Shown: piece by piece, positions 52,756-61,450 of the stretch
How the letters are laid out: each line of letters starts with the position of its first letter
How positions within the stretch are numbered: position 1 is the stretch's first letter
Origin: Oscillospiraceae bacterium
GTDB taxonomy: Bacteria; Bacillota; Clostridia; Oscillospirales; Ruminococcaceae
Direction of reading: 5' to 3'
Assembly: GCA_021769725.1 (NCBI GenBank)
Contig: JAETSI010000001.1
Location: 103,340 to 167,339 of the forward strand
Length of the DNA stretch: 64,000 bases
Notes under the pieces: model-generated
Databases searched by the model: none
The model's input: the letters and a program-made list of their open reading frames with translations, nothing else
What the model was told of the DNA's origin: nothing
Position numbers and translations under genes: made by a program

Positions 52756-54249
52756 ATGTTCTACAACAGCACAAGAAACAGCAATGTTAAGGTGAGCAGC
52801 GCCGAGGCCATTACTCAGGGAATCTCCGTGGATGGAGGTCTTTTTGTACCGGAGAGTATTCCAGCGCTTTCCCTTGAAGAGATCAGAGCTGTAGGTGAGA
52901 TGAAATATGCCGACAGAGCCGCTTTTGTTTTTTCAAAGTATCTGACGGATTTTACAGATGCAGAGATACATTACTGTACCGATAATGCCTACTCTGCAAA
53001 GAATTTCGAGACAGAGAGCATCGCTGAGATCGCTCATCTCTTTGACGGCACATATATGCTTGAACTCTGGCATGGGCCTACCTGCGCTTTCAAGGATATG
53101 GCTCTTCAGATCCTGCCGTATTTCCTGACAACATCCGCAAAGAAGATTAATCTTGACAAGAAGATCGTTATTCTGGTAGCAACTTCCGGCGATACGGGAA
53201 AGGCTGCTCTGGAGGGATTTAGGGATGTTGAGGGAACTTCGATCCTTGTATTCTATCCCGAGGACGGCGTAAGCCCTATGCAGAAGCGTCAGATGAAAAC
53301 GCAGGAGGGCGAAAATGTCGGCGTGTGTGCGATAAAGGGTAATTTTGACGACTGTCAGAACGGCGTCAAGGCTATCTTTACGGATTATGATGTTAAAAAG
53401 CAGCTTGAAGAAGCAGGTCTTATGTTTTCAAGCGCTAATTCTATTAACTGGGGACGTCTGGTTCCTCAGATCGTTTACTACATTTCTTCCTATGCTGAGC
53501 TTGTCAAGGACGGAGAAATTGAACTTGGAGATAAGATAAACATTGTTGTGCCGACCGGAAATTTCGGCAACATTCTGGCTGCATACTACGCCAAGCATAT
53601 GGGAATTCCGGTAAATAAGCTGATCTGTGCTTCAAATGTGAACAATGTTCTCACTGATTTTATCAACACCGGTGTTTATGACAGAAACCGTCAGTTCTAT
53701 GCAACAGTCTCGCCTTCAATGGATATTTTGATTTCCAGCAATCTTGAGAGACTTCTCTACCTTATGACCGGAAAAAATGACAAGATCATTCGTGACTGGT
53801 TCGGAAAGCTTGCATCTGACGGAAGATACGAGGTCACAGAGGATGTAAAGAAAAAGCTCGGCGAGGAGTTCTGGGCAGGATGCTGCAATGACGAGGAAAC
53901 CAAGGCTGCTATTAACGCAGTTTACGGAAAGTATTCCTATACCTGCGATACCCATACGGCAGTTGCAGTCAAGGTATATGAGGATTACAAGAATGCTACG
54001 GGAGACGCAACAAAAACTATTATTGCGTCAACTGCAAGCCCTTATAAGTTCAGTGCTGCTGTTCTTGAAGCTCTGGAGGGCGGCAAATCCGACATTGACG
54101 AGTATGCCAAGGTTGATCGTATTGCGGAGCTTTCAAAGCTTCCTGTACCTGCCGCACTTGCTGATCTTAAAAATAAATCGCAGCGTTTTAACGACGTTAT
54201 AGAAAAGGCGGATCAGAAGCAGTACGTTCTCAGGACGCTTGGTATCTGA
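52756..54249 (+). CDS. thrC: threonine synthase
   Basis: 497 aa; PTCAFKDMALQ PLP-lysine motif. Confidence 0.9.
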   Translation: MFYNSTRNSNVKVSSAEAITQGISVDGGLFVPESIPALSLEEIRAVGEMKYADRAAFVFSKYLTDFTDAEIHYCTDNAYSAKNFETESIAEIAHLFDGTYMLELWHGPTCAFKDMALQILPYFLTTSAKKINLDKKIVILVATSGDTGKAALEGFRDVEGTSILVFYPEDGVSPMQKRQMKTQEGENVGVCAIKGNFDDCQNGVKAIFTDYDVKKQLEEAGLMFSSANSINWGRLVPQIVYYISSYAELVKDGEIELGDKINIVVPTGNFGNILAAYYAKHMGIPVNKLICASNVNNVLTDFINTGVYDRNRQFYATVSPSMDILISSNLERLLYLMTGKNDKIIRDWFGKLASDGRYEVTEDVKKKLGEEFWAGCCNDEETKAAINAVYGKYSYTCDTHTAVAVKVYEDYKNATGDATKTIIASTASPYKFSAAVLEALEGGKSDIDEYAKVDRIAELSKLPVPAALADLKNKSQRFNDVIEKADQKQYVLRTLGI

Positions 54250-54250
54250 C

Positions 54251-54943
54251 ATGAGCCTGTACGTTATCGGTGATCTTCATTTGTGCAAAGGCAATTCCGA
54301 AAAGTCTATGAGTATATTCAGCGGCTGGGATGACTATCAGGAACGCATCGAGAGCAACTGGCTGAAAATCGTGAAACCGGAGGATACGGTGGTTCTTGCC
54401 GGAGATATTTCATGGGGAATGTCTTTGCAGGAGGCAGAGAAAGATTTCAGGTTTATAGACCGTCTGCCGGGAACGAAGATCATTCTGAAAGGAAATCACG
54501 ACTACTGGTGGACGACTATGAATAAAATGGAGAATTTCCTCAGTTCAAAGGGATTTTTCACCATAAAAATACTTCACAACAATCACTATCGGTACGGTAC
54601 TTATGGGATCTGCGGAACAAGAGGCTGGGTGAATATGCCCGGTGAAACTCAGGATGATAAGGTTCTGCGGAGGGAAGTACAGCGTCTGGAGACGTCAATA
54701 AAATCTGCGCTGTCTGAGGAGCTTACACCTCTTGTTTTCATGCACTACCCCCCGATATTTGCGTCTAACTTCAATTACGATATTCTGGAGATTCTTTATC
54801 GCTACAATATCGGAGAGTGCTATTACGGCCATATACACGGACGCTCTGCACATGAATTATGCGTGACGAATGCTTATGACGGCATAAATTTTCATTTGAT
54901 CTCTGGTGACTATCTACAATTTATTCCGGAAAAAGTACTTTGA
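54251..54943 (+). CDS. metallophosphoesterase
   Basis: VIGDLHL, AGDISWG and KGNHDYWW motifs. Confidence 0.8.
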   Translation: MSLYVIGDLHLCKGNSEKSMSIFSGWDDYQERIESNWLKIVKPEDTVVLAGDISWGMSLQEAEKDFRFIDRLPGTKIILKGNHDYWWTTMNKMENFLSSKGFFTIKILHNNHYRYGTYGICGTRGWVNMPGETQDDKVLRREVQRLETSIKSALSEELTPLVFMHYPPIFASNFNYDILEILYRYNIGECYYGHIHGRSAHELCVTNAYDGINFHLISGDYLQFIPEKVL

Positions 54944-55043
54944 TTTGTGCTAAATGCAGAACTGTCAAAATTTAGTAGAAAAATTTTTTTGAATGTGGTA
55001 TAATATACCAAGTATGTTATATAATTACATGGAGGATATATAA

Positions 55044-56360
55044 ATGAGCTTAAAATCATCAAACAAAACAGATGTGAATACTACAGAGTTAGTTATTTCA
55101 ATCGACCCCGAGACATTTGAGGCTGCTGTTGAAAAGGAATATCAGCGGCAGAAGAAGAATATTCAGATCAAGGGATTTCGTAAGGGCAAGGTTTCAAGAA
55201 AGCTTGCTGAGAAGGAGTTCGGCGAGGGTGCGTTCTATGAGGGCGCTATCAACTCTCTTGTAGGTCCTGAGATCGATGCAGCTGTTAATGAAACAGGCAT
55301 CATTCTCGTAGACAGACCCAGCCTTGAAGTTCTTTCAATTGATAAGGCCGAGGGTGTTGAGATCAAAGCTGTATGCATTACAAAGCCTGAGGTTGAGATT
55401 GCTGACTATAAAGGAATCAAGGCTCCAAAGCAGGTAAGCGAGATCACAGACGAAGATATCGACAAGCAGATCGAAATGATAAGAAAGAAGAATGCACGTA
55501 TCGTTTCTGTTGTTGACAGACCGGCTGAAATGAATGACGAAGTTATCATCGACTTTGAAGGATTCTTCGGCGAAGAGGCATTCGAGGGCGGCAAGGGTGA
55601 AGATCATCCTCTGCGCCTTGGCAGCGGTCAGTTTATTCCAGGATTTGAGGAGCAGATCGTAGGTCATAATATCGGCGATGAGTTTGATGTAAACGTAACT
55701 TTCCCCGAAGACTACCAGATGGTTGACTATGCAGGAAAGGACGCTGTTTTCAAGACAAAGCTCAAGGCTATCAGCTATGAGGAGCTTCCTGAGATTGACG
55801 ATGATCTTGTAAAGGATGCTACAGAGTTTGACACTGTTGAAGAATACAAGAATGATATAAGAGCAAAGCTTGAAGAAGCTGCTGTAAATCAGGCAGAAGC
55901 ATCATTCGAGAATGCTATTATGGAAAAGCTTATCGAAAAGGTTGATGCTCCTATTCCTAATTGTATGTATGAGCACAGAATTGATGCTCTTATTAATAAC
56001 TTCAATCAGCAGCTCCGTCAGCAGGGTATGGATTTGAAGCTCTATTTCCAGTACACAGGTATGGATATGGATTCATTCAGAGAAACTTACAGAGACAGAG
56101 CAGAGAGCGAAGTTAAACTTCGTCTTGCACTTGAAAAGATCGCTGAGCTTGAGGACATCGAGGTTTCAGAAGAAGAAATCAACAACGGTCTTTCAGAGAT
56201 CGCAGCTTCCAATAACATGGATGTTGAGACAGTAAAGCGTTTCATTAATGTAAACGAGTACAGCGAAGATCTTAAAGTTCAGAAGGCTGTTGACCTTGTC
56301 AAGGAGAATGCCGTTATCGACAATACTCCTGCTGAGGAAGAAAAGACAGACGCTGAATAA
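55044..56360 (+). CDS. tig: trigger factor
   Basis: 438 aa; GFRKGKVS ribosome-binding motif; central FKBP-type PPIase; upstream of clpP-clpX. Confidence 0.93.
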   Translation: MSLKSSNKTDVNTTELVISIDPETFEAAVEKEYQRQKKNIQIKGFRKGKVSRKLAEKEFGEGAFYEGAINSLVGPEIDAAVNETGIILVDRPSLEVLSIDKAEGVEIKAVCITKPEVEIADYKGIKAPKQVSEITDEDIDKQIEMIRKKNARIVSVVDRPAEMNDEVIIDFEGFFGEEAFEGGKGEDHPLRLGSGQFIPGFEEQIVGHNIGDEFDVNVTFPEDYQMVDYAGKDAVFKTKLKAISYEELPEIDDDLVKDATEFDTVEEYKNDIRAKLEEAAVNQAEASFENAIMEKLIEKVDAPIPNCMYEHRIDALINNFNQQLRQQGMDLKLYFQYTGMDMDSFRETYRDRAESEVKLRLALEKIAELEDIEVSEEEINNGLSEIAASNNMDVETVKRFINVNEYSEDLKVQKAVDLVKENAVIDNTPAEEEKTDAE

Positions 56361-56376
56361 TCGCAGATAACACACA

Positions 56377-56408
56377 TTGTCCCACATATCCTGTGGGACA
56401 AGTATTTT
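56377..56408 (+). terminator. intrinsic terminator after tig
   Basis: ttgtcccaca/tgtgggacaa stem followed by a short T-run. Confidence 0.55.
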
Positions 56409-56427
56409 AAGAAAGGGCAGTGAAATT

Positions 56428-57018
56428 ATGAGCAGTTTAGTACCTTACGTTGTTGAACAGACAAGTCGTGGAGAGCGGTCCTATGATATTTTCTCACGTC
56501 TCCTCAACGACAGGATCATTATGCTTTCAGATCAGGTAAATGACGCTACTGCAAGCCTTGTAGTAGCACAGCTCCTATATCTCGAAAGTCAGGATACGGA
56601 AAAGGATATATCTTTATATATAAACAGTCCGGGCGGATCAATTACCTCAGGCATGGCTATTTATGACACCATGCAGTACATCAAGTGTGATGTATCGACT
56701 ATCTGTATAGGTATGGCTGCTTCTATGGGAGCATTTCTCCTTGCTGCCGGTGCCAAGGGTAAACGTCTTGCTCTCCCAAATAGTGAAATAATGATCCACC
56801 AGCCTCTTATTTCGGGAGGATTGTCCGGTCAGTGCAGTGATATTAAAATCCAGTCAGATCACCTTGTAAGAATTCGTCAGAAAATGAACGAGATGCTTGC
56901 TGCCAATACAGGCAAACCTCTTGAACAGGTTCAGGCTGATACTGAGCGTGACAACTACATGACTGCTCAGGAAGCTATGGAATACGGACTTATTGACAAA
57001 GTGATCGAAAAGAGGTAG
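56428..57018 (+). CDS. clpP: ATP-dependent Clp protease proteolytic subunit
   Basis: [22 protein letters not shown]; catalytic GMAASMG and IHQP motifs. Confidence 0.96.
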   Translation: MSSLVPYVVEQTSRGERSYDIFSRLLNDRIIMLSDQVNDATASLVVAQLLYLESQDTEKDISLYINSPGGSITSGMAIYDTMQYIKCDVSTICIGMAASMGAFLLAAGAKGKRLALPNSEIMIHQPLISGGLSGQCSDIKIQSDHLVRIRQKMNEMLAANTGKPLEQVQADTERDNYMTAQEAMEYGLIDKVIEKR

Positions 57019-57027
57019 GAGATCTGA

Positions 57028-58320
57028 ATGGCAGAAACATTTAAATCATGCAGCTTCTGCGGCAAGGGTGAGAACAGAGTACACAGTATGTTTTCAGCCG
57101 GTTCATCTAATATATGCGACGAATGCGTATGTTACTGCTATGAAATGCTTTTCGGTCCTTCGCCTGAAAAAACGCAGAAGAAAAAGAATAAAGATAAAAT
57201 ACAGCCGCTTTCTGAAATGAAGCTCTTTAAGCCAATGGAGATCAAGGCATTTCTGGATGAATATGTTATTGGTCAGGAAGAGGCAAAGATTTCTCTGTCA
57301 GTTGCTGTGTACAATCACTATAAGCGCATTCTTGCCCAGGAGCAGAAAAACGGCGATCAGGCAAACAATATTGACGATGTGGAGCTTCAGAAGAGCAATG
57401 TTCTCCTTTTAGGGCCTACCGGTGTGGGAAAGACTTTTCTTGCTCAAACGCTTGCCAAGTTTCTTAACGTTCCATTTGCTATTGCTGATGCCACTACGGT
57501 TACTGAGGCAGGTTATGTGGGCGAAGATGTAGAAAACGTTCTGCTTCGCCTTATTCAGGCTGCTGATTTCAATATTGAGGCAGCAGAGAGAGGAATCATC
57601 TATATTGATGAGATTGATAAGATTGCCAGAAAGTCCGAAAATACATCACTTACCCGTGATGTAAGTGGTGAGGGCGTTCAGCAGTCTCTTCTCAAAATCA
57701 TTGAGGGAACTGTTTCCAATGTTCCTCCACAGGGCGGACGAAAGCATCCGAATCAGGAATTTCTTCAGATAAATACGAAAAATATTCTGTTTATCTGCGG
57801 TGGAGCTTTTGATGGTCTTGAAAGGCAGATTCAGAAGAGAATAAGCAAGGCCCCTATCGGTTTCGGCGGAGAACTTAAATCCCACAAGGAAGAAATGGAC
57901 AATATTTTCAAGAAAGTGATTCCAAAAGATCTTGTAAAGTTCGGAATGGTTCCGGAATTTGTTGGCAGGCTGCCGGTTATTTCTGTTCTTGAAGCTCTTG
58001 ATGAGAATTCACTTGTAAGAATTCTCACAGAGCCGAGAAATGCGCTTATCAAGCAGTATAAGAAGCTTTTTGCTTATGACGATGTAGAACTGGAGATCCA
58101 GGATGACGCTTTGATTGAGATTGCAAAAAAGGCGATTTCTCAGAAAACAGGTGCCAGAGGTCTGCGGTCTATTCTGGAAAAAATTCTTATGCGTTCTATG
58201 TATGCAGTGCCGTCAGACGGCAGTATAGCCAGAGTAACGGTCACTGCTGAGTGTGTAACTCAGGATGCTGACCCTGTACTGACAAACAGGAGAAACAAGA
58301 CCGTCCAGCTGGCTAAATAA
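57028..58320 (+). CDS. clpX: ATP-dependent Clp protease ATP-binding subunit ClpX
   Basis: N-terminal zinc finger CSFCGK...CDEC; GPTGVGKT Walker A; IGF-type loop. Confidence 0.96.
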   Translation: MAETFKSCSFCGKGENRVHSMFSAGSSNICDECVCYCYEMLFGPSPEKTQKKKNKDKIQPLSEMKLFKPMEIKAFLDEYVIGQEEAKISLSVAVYNHYKRILAQEQKNGDQANNIDDVELQKSNVLLLGPTGVGKTFLAQTLAKFLNVPFAIADATTVTEAGYVGEDVENVLLRLIQAADFNIEAAERGIIYIDEIDKIARKSENTSLTRDVSGEGVQQSLLKIIEGTVSNVPPQGGRKHPNQEFLQINTKNILFICGGAFDGLERQIQKRISKAPIGFGGELKSHKEEMDNIFKKVIPKDLVKFGMVPEFVGRLPVISVLEALDENSLVRILTEPRNALIKQYKKLFAYDDVELEIQDDALIEIAKKAISQKTGARGLRSILEKILMRSMYAVPSDGSIARVTVTAECVTQDADPVLTNRRNKTVQLAK

Positions 58321-58328
58321 AATATGTA

Positions 58329-58359
58329 AGCTCTGTACCGAGGTACAGAGCTGTTTTTT
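58329..58359. terminator. bidirectional terminator (clpX / Cys-rich micro-gene)
   Basis: agctctgtacc/ggtacagagct 11-bp stem followed by T6. Confidence 0.75.
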
Positions 58360-58368
58360 ATGGGCAGA

Positions 58369-58530
58369 TTAGCATCCGCAGCCGCAGTCGTTGTTGTTGT
58401 TGCCGCATCCGCAGTTGTTATCGTTGCCGCATCCGCAGCCACAGCCGCCGTTTGCGAAGAGGATCACGAAGAGAATGATCACCAGGATAAGGCACCAGTT
58501 ATTTCCACAGCCAAAGTTTGAATTACACAT
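58369..58530 (-). CDS. 53-aa Cys/Gly/Asn-rich tiny membrane protein (below ORF-track cutoff)
   Basis: My own translation of the - strand: MCNSNFGCGNNWCLILVIILFVILFANGGCGCGCGNDNNCGCGNNNNDCGCGC; AAGGAG 9 nt upstream of the ATG; terminator follows. Confidence 0.6.
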   Translation of the reverse strand: MCNSNFGCGNNWCLILVIILFVILFANGGCGCGCGNDNNCGCGNNNNDCGCGC

Positions 58531-58673
58531 AAAGAACAACTCCTTAAAAGATGTATTTGAAGCGTTTTTGTTTTCGCTTCATAGTACATAGTATGCTATG
58601 GCGAAAAAAGTGTTACAAAAATTTTTCGTATCATTCGTTTCGACTGTTATCGCACTGCTGATGTGGCATAATA

Positions 58674-58702
58674 ATTATAGGTAACCTCTAAAACAATGTC
58701 AA
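58674..58702 (-). promoter_or_regulatory. consensus promoter TTGACA-17-TATAAT pointing toward Cys-rich micro-gene
   Basis: Read on the - strand: TTGACA 58702-58697, TATAAT 58679-58674; embedded in the left inverted arm. Confidence 0.6.
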
Positions 58703-59025
58703 CAACTTAGTGGGTACGCCGCTCCCAACGGTCGCCCGTACCCTCTGTCACTGTGTGACATCTCCCTACACCGTAGGGAGTCACCCACACACCTGCCAAA
58801 GGGGAGTACACGCCTAACTGGCGCCCGTCCCCTCTGTCACTTGGTGACATCTCCCCACACTGTGGGGAGTCACCCTTTGGAATCCCGGTATTAATTATTT
58901 TCAGTACCTCGTAAAGAGGTACTGGAAATAATCAGGGCAGAAGCCCATAGAATGAACACCCATTAAAAAGAGTGCAAGGGAACAAAATCTACTAAGCTGC
59001 TGACATTGTTTCAGAGGCTGCCTAT
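58677..59025. repeat. composite inverted-repeat / tandem-repeat element (35-nt arms, 2 x 89-nt units, 17-bp hairpin)
   Basis: Arms 58677-58711 and 58991-59025 are complementary at 30/35 positions plus one wobble; unit cores 58733-58786 and 58822-58875 are 48/54 identical. Confidence 0.85.
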
Positions 59026-59028
59026 ATA
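59000..59028 (+). promoter_or_regulatory. promoter cTGACA-17-TATATA pointing toward clpC-like gene
   Basis: Embedded in the right inverted arm; homologous to the promoter at 58674-58702. Confidence 0.5.
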
Positions 59029-59052
59029 CAAAGACTTATAAGGAGAGAGCAT

Positions 59053-61419
59053 ATGATAAACACAGACAAATTCAACAGGAAGTCGGTAAAGATCATTGAA
59101 GAAGCAGTACGGCAGGCATCTGAACTGGGGCATACCTATATAGGCAGTGAGCATATTCTGCTGGCTATGTCGAGGGACGCTTCCTCAAAAGCGTCAGATA
59201 TACTGACAGAAAACGGAGCTTCATATGACGATATCCGGAGAGCAATCATTGATCTCGTAGGCCAAGGAGCCCCCTCAATACTTAACCAGCGTTATTTTAC
59301 TACTGCTTCGAGAAAAATCCTGGAAACTGCTTGTTCGATTGCACTCAAAGACAAGAAAAAACAGGCAGCGCCGGAACATATACTTGCTGCCATTATGAAA
59401 GAATCATCATGCAGTGCGTGTGCGGTCATCAGAAAGATAGGCGGAGATCAGACAGGAATTTGTCAGGGACTGAATATGATAGATTCACCGGAAGTTATAG
59501 GGGAACTTTATGAATCCCTAAAACCCAAAGCGTCGCATCTGCCTAATCTGTTCAGATATGGCAGGAATATAACCGATATGTCAGCCGTTAAAAAGAATGA
59601 TCCGCTTATCGGACGAAGCCGGGAAATCGAACGCGTTATGCAGGTTCTTGCACGCCGAACGAAAAATAATCCATGTCTCATCGGCGAGGCAGGCGTTGGA
59701 AAGACAGCTATAGTAGAGGGTGTAGCAGAACTGTTTGTCCGTAACCTTGTTCCTGATTCACTGAAAAATCGGTTTATTTTTTCTCTTGACTTGACCGCCT
59801 TGCTTTCGGGAGCAAAATACCGTGGTGATTTTGAGGAACGCATTAAGGCATGCATTGAGGAGGCTGTAAATGCCGGCAATATCATTCTGTTTATTGATGA
59901 GATCCATACCATCGTAGGTGCAGGAGCTGCCGAGGGAGCGATAGACGCCGCAAATATCATGAAGCCACGTCTGGCACGTGGTGAACTCCAGGTAATCGGA
60001 GCGACTACCTTTGACGAGTATAAAAAGACCATTGAGAAAGATTCTGCCCTGGAGCGTCGATTCCAGCCTGTTCATGTAAACGAGCCTGATAAAAAAAGCT
60101 GCATCCGGATCATTAACGGTCTTAAAAGCAATTACGAATCTTTCCACCAAGTGGAGATAGGCAGTGAGATAGCGGAAATGGCTGTTGATCTTTCAGTCAG
60201 ATACGTTACCGATAGATGTCTCCCGGATAAGGCTATAGATTTGTTGGATGAAGCCTGTGCTTGTGCCAAGATACGCTGTAATTCCGGTATTATTACAGAA
60301 GATTCTGATTTTATCACGTCAAAAGATAAGGAAATTCGGCTGAGCGCTCTTGGAAAGGTTATTCGTGGCAGCGGAAAAACGCAGGTAACAGAGGAAGATC
60401 TTATTTCTGTAATAAATCTTCGTACCGGAATTCCGCTGAATAAAATCAGCGTGGAAGAAGAAAAGCAGCTTTCACTGCTTGAAGCTCAGTTGTCCCAGCG
60501 TGTTATCGGTCATCAATATGCTGTCAGCAAGGTTACGGATGCTGTGTGCCGTGCAAAATCCGGACTCCGTGACGAAAGACGTCCGATGGCTTCATTTTTG
60601 TTTGCAGGCCCTACCGGAGTTGGAAAAACCGAACTGGCACGTGCTTTGTCTGAGTGTCTTTTCGGGTCGGAAACAAGTCTTATACGTATTGATATGTCAG
60701 AATATATGGAAAAGCACTCCGTATCCAAACTCATCGGAGCGCCTCCCGGTTATGCAGGATATGAGGACAGCAGCGGAAATCTTTGCGAACGAGTGCGCAG
60801 AAATCCATATTCGCTGATACTTTTTGATGAGATTGAAAAAGCAGACATGGAGGTGCTTAACATACTCTTGCAGATACTTGATGACGGAATGCTTACAGAT
60901 TCAACTATGCGGCGTGTGAGTTTCCGCAGCTGCATTATAATTATGACTACAAATATTGGCGCAGGAAAGCAGTCAGGAAGCTCTGCACTTGGATTTTCCG
61001 GTGGCGGCAGAAAAGCAGACGAAGACATTGTGCAAAGGTGTGTCCGGGAGCATTTTACACCTGAGTTTATCAACAGGATAGACGAAATAATTGTATTCAG
61101 TCCTCTTTCAAGTGATAATATAGGTGAAATAAGCCGTATTGCACTTGAAGATCTGCGTGAAAGAGCAGAAAGCATAGGAATCAGCCTGACTTATACTCCG
61201 GAAGTTGTAAAAGCAGTAGCGGCAGCAGCTGGAACTGAAAAGTACGGAGCACGTCCTATAAAACGCAGGGTGACGGAGCTGATTGAAACGAAACTTGCTC
61301 ATCTTATAGTAACCTCGCAGCTTACCCGTGGTGATAAAGCGAAGATATGTCTTGTCAACGGTCAGATTTCCATTCTGGCAAATGCCGGCATGACTGTATC
61401 GTTTGGAAGCGAGGGATAA
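59053..61419 (+). CDS. Clp/Hsp100 AAA+ ATPase, ClpC/ClpA-like (two Clp_N repeats, two AAA modules, no obvious coiled-coil M-domain)
   Basis: 788 aa; Walker A GEAGVGKT and GPTGVGKT; putative ClpP-docking loop SALGFSGG. Confidence 0.88.
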   Translation: MINTDKFNRKSVKIIEEAVRQASELGHTYIGSEHILLAMSRDASSKASDILTENGASYDDIRRAIIDLVGQGAPSILNQRYFTTASRKILETACSIALKDKKKQAAPEHILAAIMKESSCSACAVIRKIGGDQTGICQGLNMIDSPEVIGELYESLKPKASHLPNLFRYGRNITDMSAVKKNDPLIGRSREIERVMQVLARRTKNNPCLIGEAGVGKTAIVEGVAELFVRNLVPDSLKNRFIFSLDLTALLSGAKYRGDFEERIKACIEEAVNAGNIILFIDEIHTIVGAGAAEGAIDAANIMKPRLARGELQVIGATTFDEYKKTIEKDSALERRFQPVHVNEPDKKSCIRIINGLKSNYESFHQVEIGSEIAEMAVDLSVRYVTDRCLPDKAIDLLDEACACAKIRCNSGIITEDSDFITSKDKEIRLSALGKVIRGSGKTQVTEEDLISVINLRTGIPLNKISVEEEKQLSLLEAQLSQRVIGHQYAVSKVTDAVCRAKSGLRDERRPMASFLFAGPTGVGKTELARALSECLFGSETSLIRIDMSEYMEKHSVSKLIGAPPGYAGYEDSSGNLCERVRRNPYSLILFDEIEKADMEVLNILLQILDDGMLTDSTMRRVSFRSCIIIMTTNIGAGKQSGSSALGFSGGGRKADEDIVQRCVREHFTPEFINRIDEIIVFSPLSSDNIGEISRIALEDLRERAESIGISLTYTPEVVKAVAAAAGTEKYGARPIKRRVTELIETKLAHLIVTSQLTRGDKAKICLVNGQISILANAGMTVSFGSEG

Positions 61420-61422
61420 AAA

Positions 61423-61448
61423 TAAGGCGGTCATTTTAGACCGCCTTA
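61423..61448. terminator. bidirectional terminator
   Basis: taaggcggtc/gaccgcctta 10-bp stem. Confidence 0.7.
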
Positions 61449-61450
61449 AA

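Noticed and set aside
58260-58591. Listed ORFs at 58260-58442 (-, Ala/Thr-rich) and 58391-58591 (+)
   Set aside because: They are alternative frames of the GC-rich (TGC GGC)n repeat. Only the 58530-58369 frame has an RBS, an ATG, a TM core and a terminator.
58531-58673. Sporulation-sigma (SigK-like CATAgcaTA) promoter for the 53-aa Cys-rich gene
   Set aside because: The match is weak and short. A perfect TTGACA-17-TATAAT promoter lies just upstream at 58702-58674 and is the simpler explanation.
58800-58880. Possible twister-type self-cleaving ribozyme, prompted by the GCCTAAC string and nested stems in repeat unit 2
   Set aside because: I could not locate the other conserved twister core nucleotides or the pseudoknot partners. 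The resemblance is limited to a short string.
58677-59025. Retron msr/msd, or an invertible promoter (inverton) flanked by inverted repeats
   Set aside because: No reverse transcriptase or recombinase gene is nearby. The arms are imperfect (5 non-Watson-Crick positions). Both arms carry promoters that already face outward, so inversion would change little. Inversion is kept only as a check inside the main finding.
56361-59052. CtsR heptad repeats (GGTCAAA-type) or the CIRCE inverted repeat upstream of clpP and the clpC-like gene
   Set aside because: A visual scan found only an isolated GTCAA and a lone GAGTGCAA half-site (58971-58978) with no partner at the required spacing.
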